Positions 1-11,788 of a DNA stretch of 64,000 nt are shown here, piece after piece (position 1 is the first letter of the stretch; each line of letters starts with the position of its first letter). A program made the position numbers and the translations under genes. Under the pieces are notes generated by a model. It had not been told where the DNA came from. It was given only the letters and a program-made list of their open reading frames with translations, and ran no database searches. This stretch comes from Scyliorhinus canicula (taxonomy: Eukaryota), in assembly GCF_902713615.1 (NCBI RefSeq), contig NC_052158.1, positions 105,598,540 to 105,662,539 of the forward strand. The letters are read 5' to 3'.

Positions 1-27
1 AATTCAGTCAAATATGTTAGGCATGAA

Positions 28-181
28 ACGAAAGGGAAAATGCTGGAAAATCTCAGCAAGTCTGGCAGCATCTGTAGGGAGAGAAAAGAGCTAACGTTTC
101 GAGTCCGATGACTCTTTGTCAAAGCTAACAGACAGAGAAAGTGGGAAATATTTATACTGTGGAGTGAGAATGAAAGATGAC
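28..181 (-). mobile_element. Penelope-like element terminal-repeat fragment
   Basis: Minus strand reads ...gactcgaaacgttagctcttttctctccctacagatgctgccagac...cagcatttt. The same string recurs on + at 36861-36901 and 38074-38100. Confidence 0.65.
89..126 (-). ncRNA. Minimal type-I hammerhead ribozyme motif (Penelope-associated)
   Basis: Minus strand: AGCT-TTGACAA-A-GAGTC(ATCG)GACTC-GAAA-CGTT-AGCT, giving stem I, core, stem II, GAAA and a palindromic stem III. Confidence 0.65.
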
Positions 182-1622
182 TTAGGCATGACATCCCTCT
201 GACAAAGCTATGCTGACTATCTCTGATCAAACTTTTCCTTTCCAAGTGGAGATAGATTCTCTCCTTCAGAATCTTCTCCAGTAGTTCCCCAACCACTGAT
301 GTGTGAGACTCACTGGTCTGTAGATACTTGGCTTGTCTCTACAACCTTTCTTAAATAGTGGGACCACATTAACTATTCTCCAGTCCTCTGGCACTCCCCA
401 TTCGCCAGAGAGGAATTAACAATTTGGGTCAGAGCCTCGGCAATCTCCTCCCTCATCTCATACAGCAGCCTGGACACAATTCATCCGGACCTGGAGATTT
501 GCCCATTTTTAAGCCCGCCAATACCTCCAATACCTTGTCACTTCCGATGACAATTTGCTCAAGAATCTCACCATCTCTTTCCCCGAGATTCAAAACGACC
601 TCCTCGTTCTCTTGGGTGAAGATAGATGTGAAATATTCGTTCGACACCCTAGCACTGTTCTCTGGCTCCACACACAAATTCCCCTTTTGTTCCTTAATGG
701 GCCCTCTCGTTTCCCTGGTTATCCTCTTCTCATTGATATACTTATAGAATATCTTGGGATTTTTCCTACTTTTTCCAGCCAGAAATTTTTCCTATTCCCT
801 CTTTGCTCTCCTAATTGACTTCTTAAATTCCATCCTGCACTTTCTGTACTCCACTACTACCTCTGCAGACTTGCTCCCCTTATAGTTCTTAAGCGCTTCT
901 CTTTTCCTTCTCATTGTATCTCAAATGTCTCTGGTCATCCATGGTTCTCTGGATTTGTTACACCTTCATATTACCCTTGAGGGAACATATTGGGCCTGTA
1001 CCCTCCCCATGTCATCTTTGAACACATACCACTGTAGGTTTCCCCACAAGTTACTCTTTCAGTCTACCTTGGTCAGATCCTACTTTATTTTGTTAAAATC
1101 TACTCTCACCTAATCCAAAACTTTTTTTTTTTTTTTTTGCAACTTGTCTATTTCTTTGTGACAAATTTAAATTGCACCATGTTGTGGTCGCTATCACTAA
1201 AATGCTCCCCACCAACACATCAACCACCTGCCCAGCTTCATTCCCCAGAATTAGTTCCAGCACTGCACCATCCCTTGTTGGCTCCTCCACATATTGAACT
1301 AAAGGGTTCTCCTGTATACATTTTAAGAACTGTACTCAATCTAAGCTTCCATGTTGGATATCGCAATTAATTTTTGGATAGTTGAAACCACGTAATATAA
1401 TTAGCCTCTTATTATTTTTACCCCTCTCCGTGAATTGAGCACATATTTGCTCCTCAATTTCCTGCTGACTATCTGGGAGTCTATAATAAATACCTAGCAA
1501 CATAGCTGCCCTTTTTTTATTCCTGATCTCTACCCACAAAGTTTCATTTGATGCCCCTTTCAAGATATAATCTCTCCTTACCGCAGCAACTTCCTCCTTA
1601 TCTAACAATACAATGCCTCCTC
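182..1622 (-). mobile_element. Decayed CR1 LINE ORF2 fragment (endonuclease to start of RT)
   Basis: Minus-strand peptides ETLWVEIRNKK..LLGIYYRLP..GFNYP, EPTRDGAVLELILGNE and KSPGPDEL, with stops and frameshifts. Confidence 0.85.
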
Positions 1623-1627
1623 CTAAG

Positions 1628-1821
1628 AGGCAATTTTTTAGCATCGAAAATCCACCTAACCTGCATATATTTGGACCATCTGGAATACCTGAAAGAAAAC
1701 CTTTAGAGACATGGGGAGAAAGTGCAAATTCCACACAGACAGTCGTCCAAGGCCAGAATTGAACCCAGGTCCCTTGCGCTCTGAGTCACAAGTGTTTACC
1801 ATTGTGCCAGCGTGCTGCCCC
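1628..1821 (-). mobile_element. HE1-like tRNA-derived SINE (old, partial)
   Basis: Reverse complement starts gggcagcacg..., with a B-box-like ggttcaattc and the shared core. Confidence 0.75.
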
Positions 1822-1926
1822 TGTCCTGAGTCACATAGGATGCATCACATCAGGACCAGGCGGCTTTTTAGTTTGAGGACGTTTTAACCTTTTTAAATGC
1901 ATTCTGTATTTTTATTTTGTCAAATA

Positions 1927-2246
1927 TCATAGAACATAGAACAGTACAGCACAGAACAGGCCCTTCGGCCCTCAATGTTGTGCCGAGCCATGATCACCCT
2001 ACTCAAACCCACGTATCCACCCTATACCCGTAACCCAACAACCCCCCCTTAACCTTACTTTTATTAGGACACTACGGGCAATTTAGCATGGCCAATCCAC
2101 CTAACCCGCACATCTTTGGAGGAAACCCACGCACACAGGGGGAGGACGTGCAGACTCCACACAGACAGTGACCCAGCCAGGAATCGAACCTGGGACCCTG
2201 GAGCTGTGAAGCATTTATGCTAACCACCATGCTACCCTGCTGCCCC
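1927..2246 (-). mobile_element. HE1-like SINE, young copy with (ttctatg)n tail
   Basis: GGCAGCAGGGTAGCATGGTGGTTAGC head and GGTTCGATTCC B box. Nearly identical to 51863-52220 apart from a short internal deletion. Confidence 0.9.
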
Positions 2247-2925
2247 AATCATTACTGCTTCTTCCCTTACTGCCACATTTACTGACTCCACTGGATGATC
2301 TCATTTCTGGTCCCTAATCAGCTTCCTTTGACTACTCATTTCCTATTTATTGATTACAAAAGACATATATTTGTTTCTATATTCTCTTTCTATTCCTGTT
2401 TCTAGATCTTTGTATTTTCCACATTCAGTTTTGTTCCCTCTTGAACCTTGTAATTTCATAAGTCTCCTTTATCTGTCTCATTTTAAACTTTAGTCATCTG
2501 GGGAGCTCTATCTGTGGATACCCTTCCTTTCCCCTGTAATCTGTACCCAAACCATCTGCTCTTTGAAGCCTCCCCCCCACCCCCATTTGTTCAATTATTG
2601 TTTTGCCTACCAATTTTTGATTCACACCTACTCTGGATCCTTGTTTTTAATACATTAAAGTTAGTCCTCTATGCATTTTATGCTTGTTTGTGCCTGGTCT
2701 TTTATCATAATATTCTAAACCCAATGATTTTCTGATCATTAGTCCCAAAATACTCTCACTGTAACATGCTTCACTTCATTCTCCAGAAAAACTTTGCTCC
2801 CCAGAACAACATCCAATACTGCTTCCTCTTCATTGGGCTGGAAACACATATTGCAGGAATTCCTCCCCTTCTTTGCTCTTTGAACTATTACTATTGCAAC
2901 CAATGTTTAGAACTCTCTCTATCCT

Positions 2926-3110
2926 GGGGTGGCACGGTGGTGCAGTGGTTAGCACTGCTGCCTCACAGCGCCGAGGACCTGGGTCATTGTCCGTATGGAG
3001 TTTACACATTCTCCCCATATCTGCGTGGGTCTCACCTCCACAACCAAAGATGTGTAGTGTAGGTGGATTGGCCACGCTAAATTACCCCTTAATTGAAAAA
3101 AAAATTGGGT
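2926..3110 (+). mobile_element. Short SINE copy with A-rich tail
   Basis: ggcacggtggtgcagtggttagcactgctgcctcacag head, core, then cccttaattgaaaaaaa. Confidence 0.8.
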
Positions 3111-3759
3111 AATGCACTGCAACCAACTCATGAAGGCCCACTGTCATTTGACACTCACGTGAGCATTGCTTTGCAGTGGGCTGGACTTCTGCCTGCCCTT
3201 GGGAGGAAGTCCAGCCTGTGAGAGCTGTCTGCCAATTTGATTAGCCGACAGATTCTCCAACCTGTCCAGGCACAACGCTTCAGTGGCCAGAATAGGTACT
3301 GTAGCGTTCTGCCTGGAACTGTCCGGGACCCTTTCAAAGGCAGGTCTTAGGGGTCTTGGGAGCAGGAGGGTAGGGTATGCCCTGGGTGGTCAGGAAGGAG
3401 GCCATCCTGGTGTCACGGGGTAGGCTGGGGGAGGGGGGAGCGTCAAAGCTCCAAGGACCCGGAGGGGAGTAGGGCCCCAAGTCTGAAGAGGCCTTCAGAT
3501 TGAGGCACCACATCCCCTTCCTGCCTGAGATGGAGAAAAGTTCATTTCTGTTTACCACTCATCAGCCTAGAAATTGAGGCTGTGTGGGAAAAGGCCTTTA
3601 AATGACACTTAAGAGCCTTAACAATTGGAAGGACATGTTTTGGGCCCAAGGCCCTGCCTGCATTTCTGGGTCAATGGGGGTGGGGTCCTGGGGGAGTCCC
3701 ATCCATGCAATTTATGCTACCCACGGCCTCAGAACCCGCCTTGAAGGGAATGTAAAATT

Positions 3760-4233
3760 TTGCCCTTAATTAGTATAATTGCAGTTCCCATTATCACTAC
3801 TCCGCATTTCTTGCACCTTTTTATATGTTGTGTGCAAATTTTCTCCTCTACCTCCTTTTCATTATTTGGTGGCCTACAATATGCATAGGCATGTCTATGC
3901 ACAGGGCGGAATGTTCTGGCCCTTCCCCTCGTGGAATCTTGCAGTCCCGCCGAAGGCAGTCCCCTATAGCAGATTCCCCGGCGGTACAGCCAACAAGCAA
4001 TGCAAGTGGCCATTGAATCCAGTAGGACCAAAGGATCCAACTGCTGGCCTATAGCAAGCCGCCTGGGCTGACAGAAAACAGGTGATGGGATAGTGGTGGT
4101 GGTGGGGGAGGTGCGATCTAAGCCATAGTGTCATATCTCCTCTATTGTTTCTTAATTCCAACCAAATAGATCTGTCCTTGGCCCCTTATCATCCTTCTCC
4201 AGTGCTATAATGTTATCTTTGATCAACACCTGA

Positions 4234-4264
<31 letters not shown>

Positions 4265-4480
4265 ATCCTTCTTTTTAATCCTTCTGTATTTTTCATGAAT
4301 TCCTTGTGGCAAGGAAAATTCTCAATCCTTCCCTATTACAGTCAGACCTCTATTTTTCACCAAATCGGATTCTCATGAGGCCAGTTGTACCTGCCACTAA
4401 TCAAGATTATTTACCATGTTCTGTAGGTTTATATACACAAACTCCAACCCTATCTTAGACTGTCCGCAATCTGATCCCTT
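3760..4480 (-). mobile_element. Old CR1 endonuclease fragments interleaved with a MITE-like piece
   Basis: Minus peptides YCRPPNNEKEVEEKIC..VVIMG and ELRNNRG; GC-rich insert at ~3903-4110. Confidence 0.5.
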
Positions 4481-4822
4481 CTAAAGACATATAAAAAGTG
4501 GAATTCTACTTTTAAGTATTGAACCAAGTTCACATATGTGGATTGAATAAAAGTAAGCCACATAATTTCCAAAAAAGACAAGATTTGTGTCATTCACCTG
4601 AAGATAATGAGGGTTTGTATTGCACATTAAAATTCATTTTAGTTTTACTATATATGGCACAAGAATAATTGCTTTAAAACCTAAGCAGCGTTTATTGCCA
4701 AGTCCATACAGAAATGTTTAGTTATTAAACATGCAATGGAATGCCGAGCGAAAATAATAATTAATTTTTTTTAATGGTGTGATTTCTTCATAATCCATAA
4801 ATTCCAAATTTATCCCCCACAG

Positions 4823-5648
4823 TGACCCAAATCAGCCTGTTCCTCAGGATACTAAATTTATCCACACCAAGCCGAACCGTTTCGAAGAGGTTGCCTGGTC
4901 AAGATATTCTCAGAAAGATCAGCTCTATCTTCACATTGGACTGAAACCACGTGTTAAAGAGCATTATAGAGCTAATAAAGTCAACTTATGGTTGGAGTTG
5001 GTTCCTCACTTACACAGTCTGAATGACATTTCTCAGTATACTTCTACAACAACAAAGGTCCCTTCTGAAATTACGCATAGACCATCAAAGAAGTGGTCTG
5101 TTACCACCAAACGTCCTGTGACATCAGTCTTTCCTACTGTCAAGCAGGATGACCAGAAGCATTCAGCAGGTCCTTTCTTGGTTGATCAAAGAGACTACTC
5201 AACAGAGCTAAGTGTTACTATTGCTGTTGGAGCCTCCTTACTGTTTTTGAACATTCTTGCCTTTGCAGCATTGTATTATAAGAAGGATAAGAGAAGGCAT
5301 GATGTGCATCGAAGATGCAGCCCTCAACGCAATACCGCCAATGACCTGACCCATGCACAAGAAGAAGAGATTATGTCCCTACAGATGAAGCACACTGATC
5401 TTGATCATGATTGTGATTCTTTCCATCCACATGAGGTTGTTCTGCGGACAGCCTCTCCTCCGGATTATACGTTAGCAATGAGGCGATCTCCAGATGACAT
5501 ACCTTTAATGACCCCCAACACCATTACAATGATTCCAAATACCATACCTGGAATGCAGCCTCTCCATACATTCAACACATTTACTGGAGGACAAAACAAC
5601 ACCCTTCCACATCCTCACCCTCATTCACATTCAACAACCAGGGTATAG
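4823..5648 (+). CDS. NLGN1: Neuroligin-1, terminal coding exon (end of esterase-like domain, stalk, TM helix, cytoplasmic tail with PDZ ligand)
   Basis: Acceptor cccccacAG at 4821-22. Reads (G)[64 protein letters not shown]...[30 protein letters not shown]...[14 protein letters not shown]...HSTTRV then TAG. NLGN1-type strings: [35 protein letters not shown]. The ORF-track start at 4992 is internal, in the same frame. Confidence 0.97.
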
Positions 5649-8600
5649 CCAGGCAAAGATTTTAAGAAAACAAGAAATCAAAGAGGTGTGAGATTGCTAG
5701 TGAAGATCATATTTAAATTGGTGTTCATGGTGCATGACCATTACTAAATAACAAGAGAAATCAATCTGTTGGTAAGCATATCCAATACTGGTGGGTGGAA
5801 TATTCCTGAGAGACATATAAGTTTGGATCCATCAGATCAATTTAAAAAGAAATTCCATAGATGGCAATCTTTCACAATTCTGTTGGAAACGGAAAAGTAT
5901 TTTTCTCTGAAGATTTGGAACTCTATGTTCTACTTTGGTGCCAAAAGCAATGTTGTACCATTAGGCATGTGTGACATAAATGAAGAAGGATTAACAAACA
6001 AACTTTGAAGACTACACAAATGCACAAGGAGCAGATTCATAAGATGACACAAATTCTGTTTATTTTATTTTTGGAACAGTGCCATTGTACAAATTTACAT
6101 ATGAAATGTACATGAAGTACATGATATTAAGTTCTGGGTAGAGTATTCATGCACAAGGATATGACTGCTCTCTATCAGTAAGACAGAAGAATAAACCAGT
6201 TACTGCCATGAACAGCTTTTTGCAAAGTGCTATAACACAATTTTGGCAAACATGGGAACAGGACATTTTTAGCACGATACGCATGATTATTTATCTGCTT
6301 GGCGACTGTGCTGCTCAATAAGCTGTGATAAGAATATACTTTGCAAACCCACTCAAATTCTTATTAAAAAAATACTTCCTTCATCGAATGGCACAAACTG
6401 AGGAAGAGTTTGTTGCAAATCCAATACAATAAGTTCTTAGTAGTTTCAATGAAAAAGATCAAAGAAAGTAGTTTTGTATAAATGTGTGCTAGAATAATTG
6501 TGAAGTGGACACTCGCGTTCATAAATTCTAGAAAAGGGAACTTTCAGTGTTGTAATTTTTCTTCATCAAATCCCTTCCTTTTCTAGCTTTATTTGGTGCC
6601 AATTTATCAAACAGACCATGCAGTAAGGGAAGTCTTAATTTCTGTAATTTATCTATAGATATTCTTGAAGTGGTTGATGGGAATATGCTTGCCCTATAAG
6701 TTTGTGCAGAGGCTAATGTAGAACCAGACCCTATGCCAATATAAATGGAAGTTTCAATAAAGGTTGATTCAGAATAAGTTTTATTAATGGACAATTTGAT
6801 AGGATTTTATAAGGCTGCATATGCAGTCAGAGGGACATTTGTCTTTCTGATAATTCAGAACTATGAAGGGGAGGTCAGTCATCTTGTACCAATATTGACA
6901 TTGCAATAATGGCAATAATGGAAAAATGGCAGAAAATTATTATTGTTAATCATTTGTGTTTCAATTACTTATATGAATTGAAAGGTTACAACTTGCTCAA
7001 TATAATGTTACCATGTAGCATTGATTGGATGTAACACCACTGCCACTTTTTAAGAGTTTGTTAATGTTGCCAGAAGTACTTTTGCCAAATTATTTTTATT
7101 TTTTGTGGTATGAATAGCTTACAACATTTGTTTGATTTGTTGTGCATGCCTTAAAAATCTTTTGTTTAACTAAAAGCATGTTTCAGCAAAATTTATCTTT
7201 TGCCCCTTTTCAAATATTAATTGCTAGCATCTTTGTCTTTCAGTCATTTAAGGACTTCTTCTGAACGTCTGCTCCACACTTACAATCAGAATGTAATGGG
7301 CTCTATGTGGTTCACCATGAATCATATAAATGTCAGATACACCAATTAAATTAAATAATTTAGTGCTGCATACATATTTTCATTGAAAATATTTTCTCAT
7401 AACTGTAAGAATCAAAACTGATTTAGAATTGCTTTTCTGACAAAAGTTTTTCATGATTAGTCTGAAAAAATAAGCAATTGGCAGAAACTCTACCAAACAC
7501 CCTTGGAATTTGTGAGACAATTTGTAAAGGGAAGGGATAACACTCGCTAATTAGATTCAATGTTAAAAATTAAAAGAAAGTTTTTGAGTTTTATGGTTTC
7601 TCTGGTTCTTAACACAGTTAATTAACTCATATAAAAGGTTGTGATATGAAAAGCAATTGTTTAATTGTTATCATCCATTGTCAAAAAAAAAGGTGACCTT
7701 GGACATTTTTTTGCAGAAGTTTCCTTTTGCTAACAACATGCTTTGGTAATCTGAAATTTATTTAAAATTAGGAGGCAGTAATTTCTGTCCTCTGTAGTAT
7801 TGTTTAGTTGATATATATATTATATATATAATATATATAAATAACAAAATATAGTGTGCTTCTGTAAATTGATTACCTTGGAACTGATGTAATTTTTTAG
7901 CATACACTTTCATTGTGTTTCACATCAAAAAGCTGGAATACAAAAGCTACTTGAGAGCTGGCATCATGGAAACTCTAATTACCCTATTGCAAATAACATT
8001 TTAAAAATATTTTGTTCAAAAAAGGCTTTCTCTGAGGTACCTTGAGAAGAAACAAACTGTGTGAAAAAACTAAATATTTTGTAAATATTAGAAGATGAGC
8101 CCTCTGCTCTGACAGCCATCAGTGATGTTATCCGTAAAATGTATGTAGAACGTTTAAAGATGTTCATAGTTGAGGGCATGCAGTATAGCACCAGCTGAAA
8201 TCCCCTTTACTTTCAGTTTGAACGTGCTATTTATGAAATCATGCAATGACAAAAGCTCTTGCAAGAAGGTTTAGTCTGAATGAATGCTGACACCTTTTGA
8301 AACTTTTCCCAGCAATATTATGATTTCATCATTTATGTTGATCTGGAAAATGTTTTATGCGTTTAAATTACAATGTGCTATCGTAAATTCAGACTGAACC
8401 TATGGCATATTGCAGCTTTAATTGTTGTAAGAAGACGGTACTGAGGTTTGTTGTGTGTATTTCACATAGATATTATGACACAACTAGGAAAATTAAAATA
8501 ATAAGACCGTTAAAAGTACCCTGACACTTTATTGTCGCTTGTAAATTGTTTCTCCTGTGCTGTTTGTTTGAGGCAATTTGGCTTTTTCATTTTTCAGTGA

Positions 8601-8930
8601 TAAGTTGTGTTTGAATATTGCCATTAAGTGGCATTAGATAATTTGACTGAGTGGTTCTTCTTGTGGAACACTTGCCAAAAATATTTGATTATTAACGTGC
8701 ACAAAAATCATTTGTTCAGGATCTTTTCACAGCCAGAGTTCACAGTATAATGCGCAGCCTTTACGTATTTGGCATAACACATCCAATGATTTTGTCATTT
8801 GTAGTTATTAAACATTTACCTGCCATTTGGGAATCATTTCATTTTATTTGTAAAGGCTTGATAGCCTCAAGTGACTATATGAACTGTGTTTAAACAACCA
8901 TGACTTTCAAGATTTTTTTTTAATATCATT

Positions 8931-8936
8931 AATAAA
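8931..8936 (+). terminator. Candidate proximal polyadenylation signal
   Basis: AATAAA followed by U/GU-rich sequence (tttttaacttgtccaggttgttc). Confidence 0.4.
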
Positions 8937-10202
8937 TATGGTCATATTTTTTAACTTGTCCAGGTTGTTCCTCATTCTTCATTCGTCACTTGCCACTTTG
9001 TGACTGGAGTCCCTGCTTTACCACGCTAAAATCTTTACCAGGAACGCTTTTACATTAAAATGTCTTAATGTTCTACCTGGAACATAATATATTTGTCCAA
9101 CCTTCTTTCTGCCTCTCACAAGGATAGTGACTTATGTTGAAGTATTGTTCAACAGATTCTCACAACCTTTAGGTATTTTGCCAAAGTGGGAGCCTTTCAT
9201 ATGTAGGACCAGACACAGCACGTTTCAGCGGGTGTGTAACATTGGGATACGTTGCAATTGAGTCTACTCCAGGTTGTCAATCCCACATATACGCACACAC
9301 ATTTTCCAGGAGTCACTGGAAAGCTATCCAGCAAAAGAACCATAGTTAATTTTGCAACATTCCAACTACCAGCCCAGCTTAGACCATGGATCGAAACTAC
9401 ACACCTCCTAGTCTGAATGATTGACCAGTATTCCATTATAGCAGCCCAAGATTTAACAGATGGTTGTTATCTTCAGAGTTGTTATTTTACAGGAATTGTA
9501 CAGTGTGGGCAGTGAACCCTGCTCACCTACATCACAGCTGGATTTGAATTCTTCCCAAACTGGCATGATGAAATTCTCTCTCTCTCTCTCTCCCACATGT
9601 TAACTGTAAATTCTATGAAACCTATGAAATGTGGAATTAGTTTAGGCAGTTTCAACTTTATTTGCTTTTGGGCATTCACCTTTGGACTGACTGCCAGTAT
9701 TACTCAGAGAATCTATAGAGGATCGATGTTGGAGAAATGGGAAAAAACACACACAGGAACGTTCTTCGGAGTGGGGTTAAAATGCACCCTTGGAACAATG
9801 TAACAGAAATTCTATTCAATATCTAACTTTCAACCTTGATGGGGGCATAAGAATTGTCAGATTCGTCATCCGTTCTAAACCTCGACTGATTTTCCTTTAC
9901 GTTGAAGTTGATTGAAGTTCGGCCCATTGTATTTCTGATCTGGAATCTTTAGTGACACTGGATCCAAACAACAGATAGGAAATGCAAAAAATCTCAATCC
10001 CAGAATCAACATGACTCTTTAAGAGCACATTAAAATCTAAAACGTTTTTACAAAAAAAAGTTATTGTGTAGCCAGTGGTCCTACATGTTGATGTCTTTGC
10101 TGATGCTGCCAAACCTGATGATCAGTGCAGTTTAAAACTCTGTACCGTATTATACTGTCAGTTTACAGTGTTTATATCTGTATATAGTTTTATTATTGTA
10201 CA

Positions 10203-10208
10203 AATAAA
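10203..10208 (+). terminator. Candidate distal polyadenylation signal
   Basis: AATAAA preceded by several TGTA (CFIm-type) motifs and U-rich sequence, at the edge of the repeat-poor block. Confidence 0.55.
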
Positions 10209-10282
10209 ATTTCTAAAAATAATAATTTTAAGCTCCCCTCTTTGATCCAGTTCCGGACCATAAAGAATTCTTGTTAGTTATT

Positions 10283-11088
10283 GGGTGCGATCTATCCGGA
10301 TGGGAGCAGAGTCTCGTAGCGATCGCGTTTAGCCGAGTGTTTCCTGTTGCTTGCAGTGCCGAGAAACGGCATGTTATTGAATGCCCATTCAGGTCGATAC
10401 GCCCCAGGGCAGCACGGTGGCGCAGTGGTTAGCATTGCTGCCTCACGGCGACGTGGTCCCAGGTTCGATCCCGGCTCTGGGTCACTGTCCGTGTGGAGTT
10501 TGCACATTCTCCTCATGTTTGCGTGGATTTCGCCCCCACAACCCAAAGATGTGCAGGGTAGATGGATTGGCCTCGATAAATTGCCCCTTAATTGGAAAAT
10601 ACGAATGGATACTCTAAATTTAAAAAAAAAATACGCCCCGACGAGGCCACACTTCGTCCCATTTTTTGCACTGAGGAGTTCCGAAAACGGCATCCCGATC
10701 TCTCCACCCCCCTCCCCCGATGCGACCCCCAAAGTCCCAACCAGCCTATAAGGTGGGCCCCAGGCCCCACCGCACAGAGCACCCCCAGGCCCAATCCACA
10801 GCGTGGCAAAAATGACAGTGTGTCACCTTGGCACTGGCAGTGCTCCTGTCTCACCTGAGATCTCCAAGGCGAGGGGGGGTTAGATCTAACTGTCTCACTC
10901 CAGTATGCAGATTTGCAAAAATGTCATCCTGCCCACAATGGGGGGATTCACATTGCGATGTTTCACAAGATCACATTAGATCTCGCGAGGCGTGGCGAGT
11001 CGGGCCGATCCTGGAAGAGGAATCTCCCAGCATCTACCAGCCGCGCTGCGCTGCATTTCAGGCACAACGTGGCCAGTAGATCACACCC
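10283..11088. mobile_element. Non-autonomous DNA transposon (MITE, probably Harbinger-related)
   Basis: Terminal inverted repeats gggtgcgatcta ... tagatcacaccc (11/12 match); no coding capacity. Confidence 0.7.
10406..10630 (+). mobile_element. Poly(A)-tailed SINE nested in the MITE
   Basis: A/B boxes, poly(A) tail, and 9-bp TSD ATACGCCCC at 10397-10405 and 10631-10639. Confidence 0.9.
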
Positions 11089-11788
11089 GTTAACGATAAG
11101 CCTTCATGGCAAACTTTTACATTCTGGTTACCTTATTAAAACAGGATGCTTACTTGTGCTGATGGAAGGACATTCCGTCTTAATTCCTCATTACAGTAGG
11201 GGTGAATTCCCTTGATGCAACGCAACGATAATTCTTTATTCATGAAATGTTTAACATATACAAACATTCCAAGGTGCTTCTGACGTGTAAAGAAAACATG
11301 GATTCTGAGACAACAAAGAAAAGATGAGGAGGGGTGGCCAAAATCAGAAGTGGATTTAAAATGGATCTAAAGGAAAGAGAGGTAAGTAGAAAAACAGAGT
11401 GGCTGAGGCATAGAATCCCAGATCACGGAGTCTGAGTAGTTGAAAACAGCTGCTAGTCAGAAGAATCGAAAATTCTGAGGAAGGCCAATAGTATTGCAGT
11501 AGATTACAGAGATGGCGGGTTTGATTCTTCCAAAATGTTTCTAAGCACGGATAGCGAGCAGAAACAGCCTCAAGCTTCCCGCTCTCGGCCCAGCGAGACA
11601 ATCACTGCAATACACCATTAATTGTTCCACTTAAAGAGGCCCCACAGGCTTCACACCCCAAATGAAGGCTCACCAGCCAATTCGCCGGGATCACACTTGA
11701 CAGCCTCCCACTAACAGGGTGGAGCAGCATATAAACTTCTCTTGCGCAACCAACCCCATTCAGCACCATTCAGTAGGAAGTCTGTTAT

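Larger units (their letters stand above)
5649..10230 (+). other. Probable NLGN1 3' UTR (~4.6 kb)
   Basis: AT-rich, with no recognisable young repeats, from the stop codon to AATAAA at 10203. Dense repeats resume at 10283. Confidence 0.6.

Noticed and set aside
4238-4264. Long poly-C/G tracts (also ~21939, 49818, 50479) as functional G-quadruplexes
   Set aside because: They are homopolymer expansions inside decayed repeats, their lengths are unreliable, and nothing else supports function.
4992-5648. Stand-alone 218-aa gene as in the ORF track
   Set aside because: It starts at an internal TTG. The frame is open back to the splice acceptor at 4822 and belongs to NLGN1.
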